64,000 nt of DNA from Camelus ferus. Its lineage: Eukaryota. The notes under the pieces were generated by a model. It was not told the DNA's origin and made no database searches. It saw nothing but the letters and a program-made list of their open reading frames with translations. Below, piece by piece: positions 48,846-63,110 of this stretch. The stretch covers positions 78,432,001 through 78,496,000 of the forward strand of contig NC_045696.1 of the NCBI RefSeq assembly GCF_009834535.1, given 5' to 3'. The position numbers and the translations under genes are program-made. Numbering within the stretch: position 1 is the stretch's first letter; every line of letters starts with the position of its first letter.

Positions 48846-50559
48846 AAGAATTTATTTTTTATAGACTTTCCTATTTTCTTAAACATACTATACTTATAGC
48901 AGTGACATTAGGGGACTGTGGGAGGATGTGTCCATTCTTTATCAACAGCTGTCATTTCTCAGTGTATGAACATAGAGCTCTTCCATTTGGGAGAACTGAA
49001 GTGAAAACCAAACAACCAAATTTGTAAAACCATTAAACTAAATTTGTATATAATTCTGAGGTTTTAATCCTTCACTTTTGGACAAAGTGAAAGTCAAGGC
49101 TCTCTGAGAGAGTGTTCTCTCATTGTTTGGGAGCTTACTTTTCTGTTGCTTTAGTGATTAGAATAACTAAGGGTGTCCGGAGTTCATTCTGTATGTAGGT
49201 GTGTATAGAAGGATATACCTGCAACAGGATGGCAGGTGAGACTTTTCCTTTTGGTGCAGAATTGTCAAAGGTGTTAAGTGTGCCATGTTTAAAAGAGGAT
49301 GGTCTATGAGCCACCTAAAGTAGTGATGAGACACGAGCTTACTAAAAGGAGGTGGAACTGGCCCTGCTACCACTGGTCATCACTTCATCTCCTGTGTAGA
49401 ATCTATAAAGGGACAGGGTTGTTATTAAGTCCTCTGTCTTGTGAGGAATCAATGTTCCTGCTGAGAGGCTGTTGTCTCTCTTTAAAGCCACGAATAGGAT
49501 ATAGAGATATTAATGAGAGACTACATGAGGAGCCTTCAAGAAAGGGATTCAGGCATATCATTTCCTGGCTAGATGTCTGTTTGGGCAGCTAACCAGAAGA
49601 TCTGTCTCAGAGCCTGTCTAAGTAGTAAGAAAGGAGTATTGGAGAGAGATAAAACAGCTAAAATACAACATACCAGTGGGTCAGCTTATATATCCATCAT
49701 TTGCCATGGCAAGGATCTATGAGTTTCTGGTGGACCACGTGGATGCCATAGAAGGTAGCTAGAGTTGTACCTATTTGTTGCATTTGGTATGAGAGAGCCA
49801 CTTGCAGAGCAGAGGGATTCTAACAGTAGGAAGCTGTGGGTTAGATGAACAGTACTGGGAGCAGAGGAGGTGGGATGATGAAGAGGGTATGGTGGGCAGA
49901 TGATGGAGGGGCAGAATGCAGAATTCAGGTCACATAATTAAATGAGTTAATCTTTATAAAAGTACACCCAGAGTTAGGTCAGAGTTTTCTTGTATTAAAT
50001 ATTGTAATTATTAAAACCATTTAATTCTCATTTCCCAGAATGAATCCTGCAGTTAAACAATCAAAACTGCTTATTTTACTCAATCAATAGTTTCTACTAC
50101 TTGGATCAGTGCGATTAACAACACTACACTTTTCAAATCACATTTCCTTAAATTCATTCTTTAAGGAAAACACCAATTAGCTTCTTATTATAGACAATTA
50201 AAAAAATCTGCACACTACTTAACATCCTCTCTACTCAATTTGAATCCACAAATATTCAAAAGCAAACTGCAATAAAAATCTGGGGGGTAAAGCATTTCTA
50301 TTTCTCTCTAATGCAGTAATAAATTATTCTTGAAAAGCCCAGCACATGTATTTTCATTCACAAGTCATTTAGGAAGAAACAGAGAGTAGCATACTAGCCC
50401 AGTGACATCAAAATATTGAAGACAAAAGATAAAAGATTTCAAGATAGCAATCAGACTTAATCTACTGATTCATTTCTATATTTTGGGAAAGATTAGTCTT
50501 CTCCTATACATCAGGAAAGCATGCATCAATCACTGTCATGATCATCAAAACTAAAATCT

Positions 50560-51500
50560 CACTGGAAGAAACACTGAGCAGTGAGTTCTATAAGAGCAAA
50601 AATTGTGTCGAATTTGTCTCTGTGGCCCCCATACCTAAACCAATGTCTAACTATGTGGATTTAATGAGAATATAGATAAAAGGTTGAGTGTGTGCATGGA
50701 ATGAATACTCTTTTCCTATTTCTCCATCACTTTCTAAACTCAGTCAGTCATGAAATACTGTTAGTTTTACTCTAGAAATGCCTTTGAAATTTTCTACTTC
50801 TTTTAAAACTCCATCTAAACTTCTATGATAGCTTTATTCTCTCTTACATTCTTAAAGCAATCTCTTCAACAAGTTCTTCTCTTGTAGCATCATTGCAGGC
50901 ACCTTCCTAAATAACAGGTTGGAGACATCACTCTCCCACTGCCCAATCTCTACTATCTGGTTTGTGTGTAGGATCTAATCTAATAATCTTAGTGAATAAT
51001 TGCAAGGTCCTGGTGATCAGTCTCCAAGCTACTTCTTCACATTCATTTCTGGCCGTTCCCTCACCAAATCTCATGTACCTGTATATTAGTAATATCCAGG
51101 GTCTCTCTACACCCTAAGAGAGCTGTGTTCTTGTATGCTTTTGTACGTCAGCATATTACCCTCTCCATTCTTTCTTCATTCGGTAACAACCATATTCCTG
51201 GTACTGTCCTGGGTGTTGGACAGAACCTTATATTGCACTCAACAGAAACTTGTCATTTTATATCAATACACATCTCTGATCTTAAAGGCTTATCCAGCTT
51301 CCTCAGACAGAGGTAGAGATGTTCTTATAATGATTTGATTTTACTCTAACTTTTGTGTCTATCCATTATCTGTGTATGTTTGTATCTTTTCCACTAAAGA
51401 TCAAGGGCTTTGCCTCTCATATGTATACTTGACACTCAACAGAGTTCTGGGCTTACAAAATGACTTTAATTAAAAAAATACAATGAAAGAATGATCAAAG
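50560..51500 (+). mobile_element. Degenerate L2 fragments
   Basis: L2 3'-type text (gtgagttctataagagcaaa..tgaat; caaggtcctggtgatc..). Confidence 0.5.
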
Positions 51501-52861
51501 CAATAGAAATAGACACTCAGGTACCTGAACAAAAGGAATTCAGTAATTCAGACTATGTAAGTTCTAAACTAATGACAGTTTGGACAAGGCCTAGACAGAA
51601 ATGTATGAAATGTATCATCTTTTAATGAAAGAGATTGATTATAAGATGTACCTTAGACAAAGGTGGAAAAATAATATTAAAAGCACTTGAGTTAATTTTT
51701 AAGTGTCTGAAAACAATTAAGATGAAAATATTTATCTTCTAATATCACTTGTGTGTTCTTTAATACAAATAGCCTATTGAACTATATTAATGAGTATTTT
51801 GAATTGCTTTTTCACTAATACATGCAATCCATTAATCTTTAATGTTACTAACCCTATTATTCTGGATGAGGAATAACAGAATTGCCCAACTTCCCACTGA
51901 ATTTGATTCCAGGCCTTCAGACTCTAATGCGGTGCTTTTTTTTTTTTTTTAAACAACCTAACATCTTAATATTTGTTGACTGATCAAAATTAATAATTAC
52001 ACACCACTCTTTTGTCACATAGTGGATCCTATTCCAACTTGGCAGGCACTGTGAGTATAGATAAAGTCTAATATCATGTTTCTATTTCCTTTGTTTGAAC
52101 TCACAGTGATAACTTTCCTCAAAGGCAAACTTGTGCATTATGTGCACAGTTCCCCTCACAAGCGTTCACGTTTATGTGTGTCTCTTTACTCATAAATTAT
52201 GATTTTGCTACATGACTGTCCAAATAGATATGACAGAATAGATTACTTCTTGTTCTAAATATGAATTCATAGAAAATGCTATCTGATACACAGTGTATAG
52301 AGATGGGAATCTAATATATTTTATTGTAATATGTATAGAAAAGTACAGATAATTTCTGTCTTAAGGAAAAAAATATGGAGGCTTCTACATCTTTAAATTT
52401 GGTCACTGGAAAAGCAAAAGTTTTTTTTTATTTCAATAGTACGAGACAATAGACAATAAGGTTTAGATCTGGGATAGACTGTTAGCTATTTTAAATAATT
52501 TCTCAAGGAGAGAAATGAAATAAAATGAAAGAAAATATTAAAAAAAGAGGAAAATTATACTCCTTTTCAAAAGGGTGAAATGAAGGAAAAGTATGCTGCT
52601 AGAATATAGGAATGCCCAAGTTGCATTTTCTGTGCTTTACTTTGCTGCGTCTTCATGGTCCAGTACAAATCATACTATAAAACATACAATGAAAGGTACA
52701 TTAATATAAAAAAAAATCTGGAATATTCTAATACTCCAACTTTGGTCTCACTTTTATGTATTTGGAAAATTAAAGCAAACAGATTAATAGGTATACCAAT
52801 AATACACTTAAATACATAATTTATTTTTTAAAAGTTTATATATGTAATTGGACTCATGGCC

Positions 52862-53422
52862 TGTGATGCTTAATTTTATGTGTCAACTTGATTGGGCTAA
52901 AGGATGCCTCAGTTAGCTGGTAAAACATTATTTCTGGGGTGTCTGTAAAGGTGTTTCTGGAAGAGATTAGCATTTGAAATGTAGACTGAGTAAAGAAGAT
53001 TCTCCTTACCAGTGTGGATGAGGGTGATCCAAACTGCTGAAAGTCCAAATAGAACAAAAAGGTAGAGGTAAGATGAATTCATTCTCTGCTTAAGCTGGAA
53101 CATTGATCTCCTCCTGACCTCAGACATCGATGCTTCTGATTCTTTGGCCTCTAGACTTGAACCAGAACTAGGCCATTGGCCTTCTAGTTTAGGGCCTTCA
53201 GATTCAGACTGGAACTTACTTCGTTGGCTCCTCTGGGTCTTAAGTCTTTGAGTTGGGACTGGAATTACACCACCCGCTTTCCTGGTCCTCCACCTAGCAG
53301 ATGGCAGCTTATGGGACTTCTCAGTTCAAAATTCTATGAGCTAATTTTTCCTAATAAATATCTTTCTACTATCTCTATATATCCTATTGGTTCTGTTTCT
53401 CTGGAAAACCCTGACTAATACA
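52862..53422 (+). mobile_element. MLT2 (ERVL) solo LTR
   Basis: tgtgatgcttaattttatgtgtcaacttga..tcctattggttctgtttctctggaaaaccctgactaataca. Confidence 0.9.
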
Positions 53423-54269
53423 TAACTTCATTCAAACAATGCAGGCAGGAAATTCTTTCACCAATATGTTAAAACACTTCTAAAATTTAGCCTTTGTCAT
53501 ATCAAGTAGATGAAAAAAAGTCTGAACAATGTTATAGGCAACATTTTCTGAAAGCAATATAATACAAGTACAATATAATAGTGCATTTAAATAACAAATA
53601 TCAATGATAACAATAAATCCATGGAAACAAAAGACCAATAGTAAAATAATATAAAATATTTAGGAAAAAATGGAAATTAAACATTACCTTTAAAAAACTA
53701 GTTGAAGGAGCTAAACATTGGTTAGATGTTATATACTTAAGTATGACAAAAGATGTCATACTTTTGGTTGCTTTTATTTAAAAATAAACATAAAAATAAA
53801 CCCATTTTAATCATTCAACCCCAAGTTTAAAATAAATTCCATAGGGATAGATTAAAGAAATTAAAGGCATACTGTATTAATTTATTAAAAATACGTTAGC
53901 ATTAAATTGCAAATATGAAGATTTTTTTGCAAAAATGTATCAGCAAAATTAAAAATAAAAATGAGAATGTAAAAACCACATAATTTTTAAAGATTAGTTA
54001 TAGAATAATAAAGCAAAAATCTTCAGTCAAATAAATGATTTTTGACAAAATGAGGTAATTGAGAGAAATATTAAATAACTCCATCAAAGAGACCAAGGCT
54101 TTTTATACTGATCAACACATTTTTCAAACTTTTAAGCATATTCTATAGTCTGCTCATGCTATAGATAAAAAAATGTAGTAATCTGCCTAATTTTTTCTAT
54201 GAAAAAACAGGATTCTTTAAAAACTTCCTAAATATATCTTCAATAATTAAATAATGATAATATTGACAA

Positions 54270-54510
54270 TAATTAAGCAGTTCACTTTGAGTCAAGCACT
54301 GGAGAGCACGCCTTCCAGTATCTGACTTACCCACATAATAACTTCCCCATGTTAGGTGTTATAATTTCCACTTTATAAAAGAAGAGCCTGGGCTCAGAGT
54401 TGATGTTACACGCCAGGGTCATCAGCAGTAACGATCAGAGTTAGAACGTACACCTAGTTCTATCTCTCGCAAAAGCTCACTCACTCAAACACTAAACTGT
54501 GCTACCTCCC
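54270..54510 (-). mobile_element. MIR SINE
   Basis: ttataatttccactttata..gggctcagag..ccagggtca. Confidence 0.55.
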
Positions 54511-55989
54511 AGCTAAAGTCATGATTATATACCTATTAACTGTCTAATTATGCTTACTTATAAAGTTATTCATGATTTCCTCACTGAATGTACTGCCAGG
54601 AAAAACATTGCCTTCTCCAAACCAGTTTATCATTCTCTGACTCAAAGAAAGAAAAATGAAATTGCTAAAGCTAAACCAAATAAATAGTAACTTGCCAGAA
54701 TGGTTTTCTGTGTAGTCTGAAACTTCTCTTTTCTCCGCTTCCACCAACTTGTTGAGGTGACTTGCTCCTCTCAGGATTGTTACATAACCTATATCAAACT
54801 ATCCCAGACTGAAATTGCGGTGATAGTTTCTAATCAATCTCTTTACTCCTGTTTTTCTGTTCTATTGGCAGCTAGTTTATTTGCTGGCCCAAATTGCAAC
54901 CACAAACTTTGCAGTTTGATTGGAGCCAAAACCTTTGCACTTCCCTGCCAGGGCATTCTTTGTTTATTTACTCAGCTCTACATTAGGAACTTCACAGGAA
55001 AACAAAAATATAAAAGAGAATAAAAGAACCATTCTAACTGAGCTTAGATATTCTTGATAATCTGTTTCTGGAGGATTGAGAAAAAGAAACAGAAAATAAG
55101 AAGTCAAAGATAAAGCCGACCAATGGACATTTACATAAACACGTCCCAATGACAGGAACTATCACTTGGCAGCTTAGCAGGATAAGACCTGGCAAAGGCA
55201 TCTGGGCTCAGCACCTCTGGCATGTGTCAGTCAGGGCATGGGTTCTGTTAAGTATTGTAACAGCAGTGGACAGTGACTGGCTGGAGCCTATCTAGTGGAC
55301 ACCAAGAAACTTTGGTGTAATGAAGCATAATGGTGCTGGATGGGCAATGAGGAAGCCAACTCAGAACCTGAATGTTAACTCCAGGCGATGTGACCCACAA
55401 AAGGCAGTTTTTACAATTTAAGGTACTTATGCTGAAGTTTCAAGGGATGTGTTTGGTGGAAAAAGGAACTGGCAATTAGAAAGATCTCACACTAGATGGG
55501 AAAATTAGCCTGGACAATAGCTCAATCACATATCTCACCAGGGTTTGGGGAGACGTGAAAAGTTTGATGTCCTCTGATATTTGCCGTTAAATCAATTCTT
55601 TCTTTCTAATTACAGTCAATTCTAACTTCTATAAATTGCAACCACTGTAATGCTCATTTGTGCTTATTTTCACTAAATTTTAAACCCACTCCTCCAGAAA
55701 ATTAAGGCCTATCCACTCTCAAGAGACCAGGTAGGACTAGATCATAAGCTGTTGCCTCTACCTGGATCTGGCCCAGCACTAGGGCTACCACCCACGGATG
55801 CAGAGTCTGTGCACTATACAATTCCAGGGAGCATCATTCACAAGGACAATTAAGCAAGTGGCACTCCCAGGAGTTACACAGTGCACAAAATGCATGGCTA
55901 TTACGTGTAGACTCTGCCTAAGGCCCACAGGTAGTGGGACAATTTCAGTCTGCTCAGTCTTTAATACAGTATTTCATGTTCTCTAACCC

Positions 55990-56115
55990 ATGACAGAATG
56001 TAAGCTCCCAGAGGGCAGGTGTTGGGTCAGTTTTGTTCCCCGATCTATGACAAATACTTGGAACTATGCCTGTTCCACAGTAGACACTCAATAAGTATTT
56101 GTTTTATGAAATGAG
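55990..56115 (+). mobile_element. L2 3' end
   Basis: agaatgtaagctcccagagggcagg..cacagtagacactcaataagtatttg. Confidence 0.75.
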
Positions 56116-57563
56116 GACTCTAAATCCAAAGCAGGTTAGAAGATTCAGCTAATGTCTAAAGAATGATACTGCTAGAAAGAAATGATAACAATAAAAGATG
56201 CCATGATAGTGGGCTAATGGTAGAGGCATTTAAAGCTTTTTTAAAGAGGGTGTCCTTTGAGGTTGCCTGAAAAACTGTTAAGTTCATAGCTTTGCTTATT
56301 GACATATACGATGCACATCAGACACCCTCACCCATCTCTTACCTTTATTTCATTTCTGACTCACATTTCGTTAGAGCCTAAGGGATAAAATGAAGAAAGC
56401 AATGGCCCTCAAGAATTCTGTGAGGGATTATGTGAAGATCAATAATACCAATGGCTGTGAGGATATATTGAAATGATGGCTTCAAAACAGCCACCTTAAA
56501 ATTCCAAGCCTCAAGGGCCAAAAGCCACATCTAAGGAATGGATAGTTTTTTGAAAAGCAAAACCTATGCAAGAAGGTAATATATCAAAACTGAATGCAAA
56601 TGTTGCAAAATGACAGCCAAAGAGGACAAGAAAGAAGAGGGTGTATAAAGAGACAGTCCCCAGAGAAAGCAGAAGCCTCTCTCCTTTCAAGCTGACTCTG
56701 AAATAACATCTATAGTATAACAATTAGAGGACAAAAATGCTCAAACCTTTAAAACTGTTGAGGGGCTTTCATTTGAAATGATGCTGAAGTAGACCCAGCA
56801 GTGGAAGTCAGGTTGCTATTCCTGAGGGTCTTGGGTCCTGTGAATGAGCATCATTCAAACCGGCAACAGCAATTGACGCACAGAATTGGGTGCACGGTGG
56901 TGGGGGGCTATCTTTCTCCTCCAATTACTTCTTTCACTGTCACACTGTTAGGTGAGGATGTCACATTCATTCTGGCAGGCAGGTATTATATGGTGTGAAA
57001 ACTCAGGTGACAGAAAAGAATACAAGCCATTCTTCATGCTATCATTTTGCCAGCAAATGGCATTTTACTGAAATGAATGATCCTGGAACCTATGTCATTT
57101 GCAAAGCTGCCCTAAATCCTGCATTGAAAAATAAATAAGAATTTACCCTTGAAAATCTTGACCTTAATAACATGGTTGTCAATTAACTGGAAAAAGGCAC
57201 AACTATGACTGGTGTTCACTCCTATCCCACCCCTTCAGCTCCTATAATAAAATGACAAGTTTCTGAAAATTTCAAAACTACAAGCTGCCCACCTTTTAAT
57301 ATATGGTCAAGTGCAGGGAAGTGAGAACAGTGAAAAAGGAGGAGTGTGACTGGAAGAAAAAAAATACTTCGTGTTTGTTTGTTTATCTATGTATTTCCCT
57401 AAAAGGTAAACCTCAGCATTTTCTCTCCATGCTGATAATGAAACTTGTTCAAGTATGTCACAAAACCATGTGTTTTCTATTTAAATAATCTCCATTTGGT
57501 GTAGTATCTAATATCATTGAGTACAATACTAAATTTGTAAATAGCCAAGCTGCATGAATGTGA

Positions 57564-57629
<66 letters not shown>
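57564..57629. repeat. (TG)n(AG)n compound microsatellite
   Basis: Directly visible. Confidence 0.95.
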
Positions 57630-59464
57630 TTTAGTCCAAACTAAATCACTAGGTGGACTTTTATTTTTCTGGCCACTTAGTATCTCTTTGTATTATTTTC
57701 CTTCTATCCCAGAAATAGAAAAGAAACAAAGACAGGAAGGAAGTAATTTGTACACGTGTAACTTCCAAGTTCTCCGTAACAACTTTTGGCCCCATTTGCT
57801 TCAAATATCTTTCACAATTCAAATAAGTTTCCTCTGATTGTTCCTATATTAAGACTCACACTATCAGAAGACTACCACTTCTACTTCTATCTGTTTAATC
57901 ATTGGTCTTATTTCTCCCCTCCTCTCCATTCCCCTTGCTACTGCCAGAGTACATGTCCTTATCCTCATCTAACCCAAAAGTTACTGGTGACTCATTTTAT
58001 TAACGATCAAATTTTCTATAAATTAATTCTTCAGAACCGTCAACCTTGACCTTCTAACAGCAGTGTAATATATGTTTTGTTTGCTTTCAATTTCTACGTC
58101 CTAGGAAAGGAAATTGCATATATGGTACACAAAGTTGCCTAGATTAAAACTGTGGATTGAAACAAAAGATCATGAACTATGGTATACATGATCACAATAA
58201 TCACCATTTGTAATTCCACTGAGGATCCAGCCAGTAAGTGAATAATGATGTTTAACCTTAACTCTAATAAAAATAGTAGATAGTAGAAGGGAGGTGGCCA
58301 GTGGACACAGCTGGCTGTGGTAGTGATTACCTCTGTGTTCCTGGGAAAACTTTCAACCTCCCGGAATCACAAAGAGCAGGTTGGGTTAGATGGCTTCCAA
58401 AGTCTCTTCTCCTTCAAGAACTCTATTATTACTCTATTTTCTCTTTCTAAACTTCAGTTTCCTGATTCAAAATCAGTAGAAGGGGGAAGTTGGTTAGTTA
58501 ACTTTCATCCCTACCATCTTAAAATGTTATGGCTCTAAAATGGTTTAGGATTTTACTTTTCTGAGTTCCCAATTAGAAGGGAAAATAAGAAAATGGATAC
58601 ACAGACCTTAAAAAATCCAATTTCAAATTATTTTCACCCTACAATTTTCATCAACTTGACCATTTTCATAGGTATTTTTCATTTTCTACCCCATTAACAC
58701 TAAATACATTGCAAACTCACTGAACTCTCTCTGCTTCAGACAAAGAATGAGTTTGTGATAAATGCTACTTCAACATTTTTCTCTCTTAATAATCTGCTTC
58801 AGTGCATAAATCCTAAGATTTCATTATATTAATTATTATATTCATATGTTCCTCTGAACAGAATTGAAAATTTAAATTCACAGAATATTTTTAAGGTACA
58901 GTCAAATCTGTAGATCAGCGCAGAACATTTAATATAATAAAATGAGATCAATCCAGTGTTTTTACAAATTGTTTGTAGTAACATCAAATATGGTACCTTA
59001 AAAATTAGAAACACATTTAGGGCCAAGGTAACTTTTATTTTTTAATTCTCCCCTGGCATTGTGGTTACGTCTCTTTATTCATAGTCATTATTTGGAACTT
59101 CCTTCTTACACTAAGAAGCTTCAAATATTACATTGTAAATGGTACATATTTGTTATAAATTATATGTTATAATAATATAGCTCAATTATTAAGAAAACGT
59201 TCTTTAAAAACTATTAATGGTTTTATTTTTCTTAAGTTATAGCTTTAAGATAATATTTTTCCATTAAAAACACTGTTATTGCAAATATTAATATTATTAC
59301 TTGATATCTAATGAACAGCATACAGCAATCTGATTTTCTAAATACATTTTAGTATGTTAGGGACTGAGGCTGCAGAATTGCCTCATGATGACTATGGGGC
59401 AATGTATTAACACCCTGAAGTATGTCTAGCCACCACAGAGTTCTAATTCTGGTTTAGAACATTC

Positions 59465-60165
59465 TGAAACACCCATGTTTATTGCAGCATTATTTAAAAT
59501 AGTCAAGATATGGGTGCAACCTAAGTGTCCTATAGGCTAATGGATAAAGAAGATGTGGTATGTACGTATGTATGTATGTGTATACACACACACACACACA
59601 CATATACACAATGGACTACTACTCTACCACTAAAAAAAAAAAAAAAAAGATGAAATCTTGCCATTTGTGACAACATGGATGGACCTCAAAGGTATTATGC
59701 TAAGTGAAATAAGTCAGACAGAGGAAGACAAATACTGCATGGTATCAGTTATATGTGGAATCTAAAACAAAAAAAAACCCCACAAAGTCAAACTCATAGA
59801 AATAGAGAGTAGGAAAGGGGTTGCCAGGGGCTGGGGAGTGGGAAAAATAGGATGAGTATGGTAAAAGGGCACAAACTTTCAATTATAAGATGAAAAAATC
59901 CTGAGGATCTAATGTAAAATATGGTTCCTATAATTGATAACTGTATTGTATAACTGAAATTTTCTGAGTAGAACTTAAATAAATATTGTCTAACACACAC
60001 ACACACACACAAAATTTGTCCAGTGATGTGTGTTCATTAACTAGAGGGGGGAAAGAGGGAATCCTTTCACAATGTACATCAAATCATAATGTACACTTCA
60101 AATATTAGAATTTTCTGTGTAATTATACCTCAAGGCAGCTGAAATAATAAACACAAACAAATAAA
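59465..60165 (+). mobile_element. L1MA-type 3' fragment
   Basis: catgtttattgcagcattatt..gaaatcttgccatttgtgacaacatggatggacc..aattatacctca. Confidence 0.9.
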
Positions 60166-62959
60166 ATTAAATGGGGAAAAAGGGAATCAGCATAAAAATG
60201 ACCCATAGTTACTAAAAGCAATAATTCCCTCCAAGATCTGAGCCAGGAACACCGACTATGTGGAACTAGAACAAACAATCATGTTTTTCTACACTACCCT
60301 CAATACTTAAAATTATGTTCAAACTCTTATATTTACCTGAGAATGAATATTCCTCATCCCAAGTGAAACTTAAGCACTAAGCTAGATTTTAGGTTGTCCT
60401 TACTTTGAACTGACCTATTTTTTCTTAACCCCTAAATTAGCTGTACATCCTCCTAATTGCATCAATAATTGACTAATTGGTAGGTAGCTTTGTGAGTAAT
60501 TATCTGATTTGCACATGTAAGTGATGTTTATTTCAAATGTACTTCCCATGCCAAGCTTTAGAAATTTGGCTCAAAAGTTCAGGAAGACAAAATGAATCAC
60601 AGCCATCTCATGCCTTGTTTATAACCATAAATAATAGAGCATAAATAAATTATTGATTGTGATATGCTATCTGAAGTAATGTAAAGATCTCAACATATCT
60701 TTAGATTGCACTTTCCAGGTACTTATAAAAAATAGAAACAAAAGCCAAATGTCATATTTTACCAAATACCAAAAGCTTAAGGCTATACTTTGTCAGGCTA
60801 TCTAGCCGACAAAGACAAGTGGCAATAATCTATCCATGAAATTACAGAAGCCTGAATAATCATTTCAAGATCTGAATGGAAGAAAAATGACCCTCTACCC
60901 TGGAGACAGTACTACAATCACACAACAGCGATCTCCCTCAGCATTTAAATACTGGGCTAATAGAGAAAAAGGGAGATTTGACTTAACTCATAATCTTTTT
61001 TAGCAAGGCATTTAATTTCAAATTGTTGCAATGGTGAATTTCAGAATTGTTTCAATTATATGATTCTTATCCACTCTCTTCCCAGTTTACAACCCTCTCT
61101 TTCTTTTAACAATTCCCACAAAATAGAAAAATAAGGCGAAGGAAGTGTTTTCACAACATATGAGTTACAAATTATTTTCTTTCAAAAATACATCCCAGTA
61201 GTTTCTCTTTCACCAATATCATTACAGAAGATTTACGTCTGTATTACTACATGTTAATGTCAGAGTTTTAAATGAAAAATACTTTTCATGTAATAAGTCA
61301 CCTTGAAGTCATTTTAAATTTCTCTCTATATATAAGAGGAGGTCCCAGATAAATTAGGAGATACGTGTATAAAAAGATTATTTCCTCTAGATGCATTGCT
61401 TCCTTTTCACATATACACACACACTCATAAATAGAAAAATTCAATAAAGCTTAAAATATACATATTATATGTGACTCTAGATTTGGACGATATAACATTG
61501 AGCATATAGCCACAGAGATAAGAAACACAATGTTTACCTGCAAAGAGCAACATGGAACAGAGAATTCAAATATAATAGGATCTTTTATAGTCTCTGTTAG
61601 ATAAATCATAATAAATATGAGCATTTACACATAATCTAAAACAGATGCTCCTAAAATTTGTTGCTAGCATCTTATAAATAATGTGTTTTACATGTCATGT
61701 AGTAAGTTTTACTTTGTTACTTTTCTACCATAAGACACTAAAAATATCTTTTATGCCACATTTTGGCTTTCTTTAAAAATAGGAGCTTAGTGGCATCTAG
61801 TTAATATTAAAACTTGCAGGTTTGTAAGCTTTTCCAAATATGATCAATGTGAAAAATATCAAATGTCTTTAATCAGATAACTCATAAACAAGGGCTCCAT
61901 GAAAGTTTTCAAATTAGAATAATCAAATTCACTTGTCATTATAAGGTAGCTACTGCTAACAACTTGAAAATGGCTTCTGGTATAGCACCATTCACTTGGA
62001 ACAATTATTTTCTTTCCAAGCAGAAGGGATTTAAGACAATATGACTTGTGTGACCAAGTGACAGACTGCAGTGTGCACTGCTGTGGAAAGGACTTGGGGT
62101 CTGAGATCGGAAAGGAAAAGTTATATTTAAAGCTGCCCATGAAGAACCCCTGGGTGCCGTATCAGCTGTATGGGGGTCATTAGGAGTTAAGAGTTCACAC
62201 ATTAGTTTTGCCCAAAAAAGAAATCATCTCTTTTCTTTTTGCACCTGCTTACTAGACTTGGACAATCACAAAGAGGGAAAATTGGAAGTAATTTTTAAAA
62301 AAATAACTAAGACAACTGAACAGATTTCAAAATAACTATGTATAATTCAGCTAGTTATGACAAGGGAAATTTTCTTCTCAAACTGGAAGGATTGCCCATA
62401 TTCATATTATCGCCAACTGCATCAGAAACAGCTACATCATAAACCTACACACCAAGCAAGCAGCAAGAAGGACAGCCAGAGCCCGGCAGAGGCCATTCAG
62501 TGCCCCGAACCTGCGGCGACCTTCCTGACCGAGCCCTGTGGCCGGTTCTCAGTGATGTTAGAGACAAATGAGTAATTAAATTCTCCACCACAAATAAATA
62601 TGAAAATGAATCAAGGATCAGTCTAAATCTGCAGCTCATCTATCTGTGCTGCCCACAGTCCCTATTACACTTCTCCATCGAATGAATGAATGGTTTCTCT
62701 GGAATCCAGCCAATGCCTTTGATACTGGCTGACCTTGGAAATTTACCATAGGTGAGAAAGTTCAACTATCTTTTTATATTTCACTGCAGAATCACTATCA
62801 CAACTCCTAGGTAGGAAGGCATTTTTTTTGCAAACAAGAAGAAAAATGATTGGCAGTGTGGTGCCAGGCACAGGTTTCACTGTCCTGGATGATGGAAGGG
62901 AGACATCAGAATAAGGCCTACGGGTACCGACTGAAGCTCTTCCACTCTTGGCCGCAGCT

Positions 62960-63110
62960 TCACCCTTCAAAGAATCTCGTTCCTCAAATGTAAAATGGGA
63001 AGAAGATTATTGCCTGCCCTATCTACTTTACAGGGATTTGGAAGTTTAAATAAGATGCACTTGAAATGTTTTGTTGGCCGTAAAACATTAGTCAAATAAA
63101 AGTTACTATT
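62960..63110 (+). mobile_element. MIR fragment
   Basis: ttcctcaaatgtaaaatggga..ctactttacagggatttg. Confidence 0.6.
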
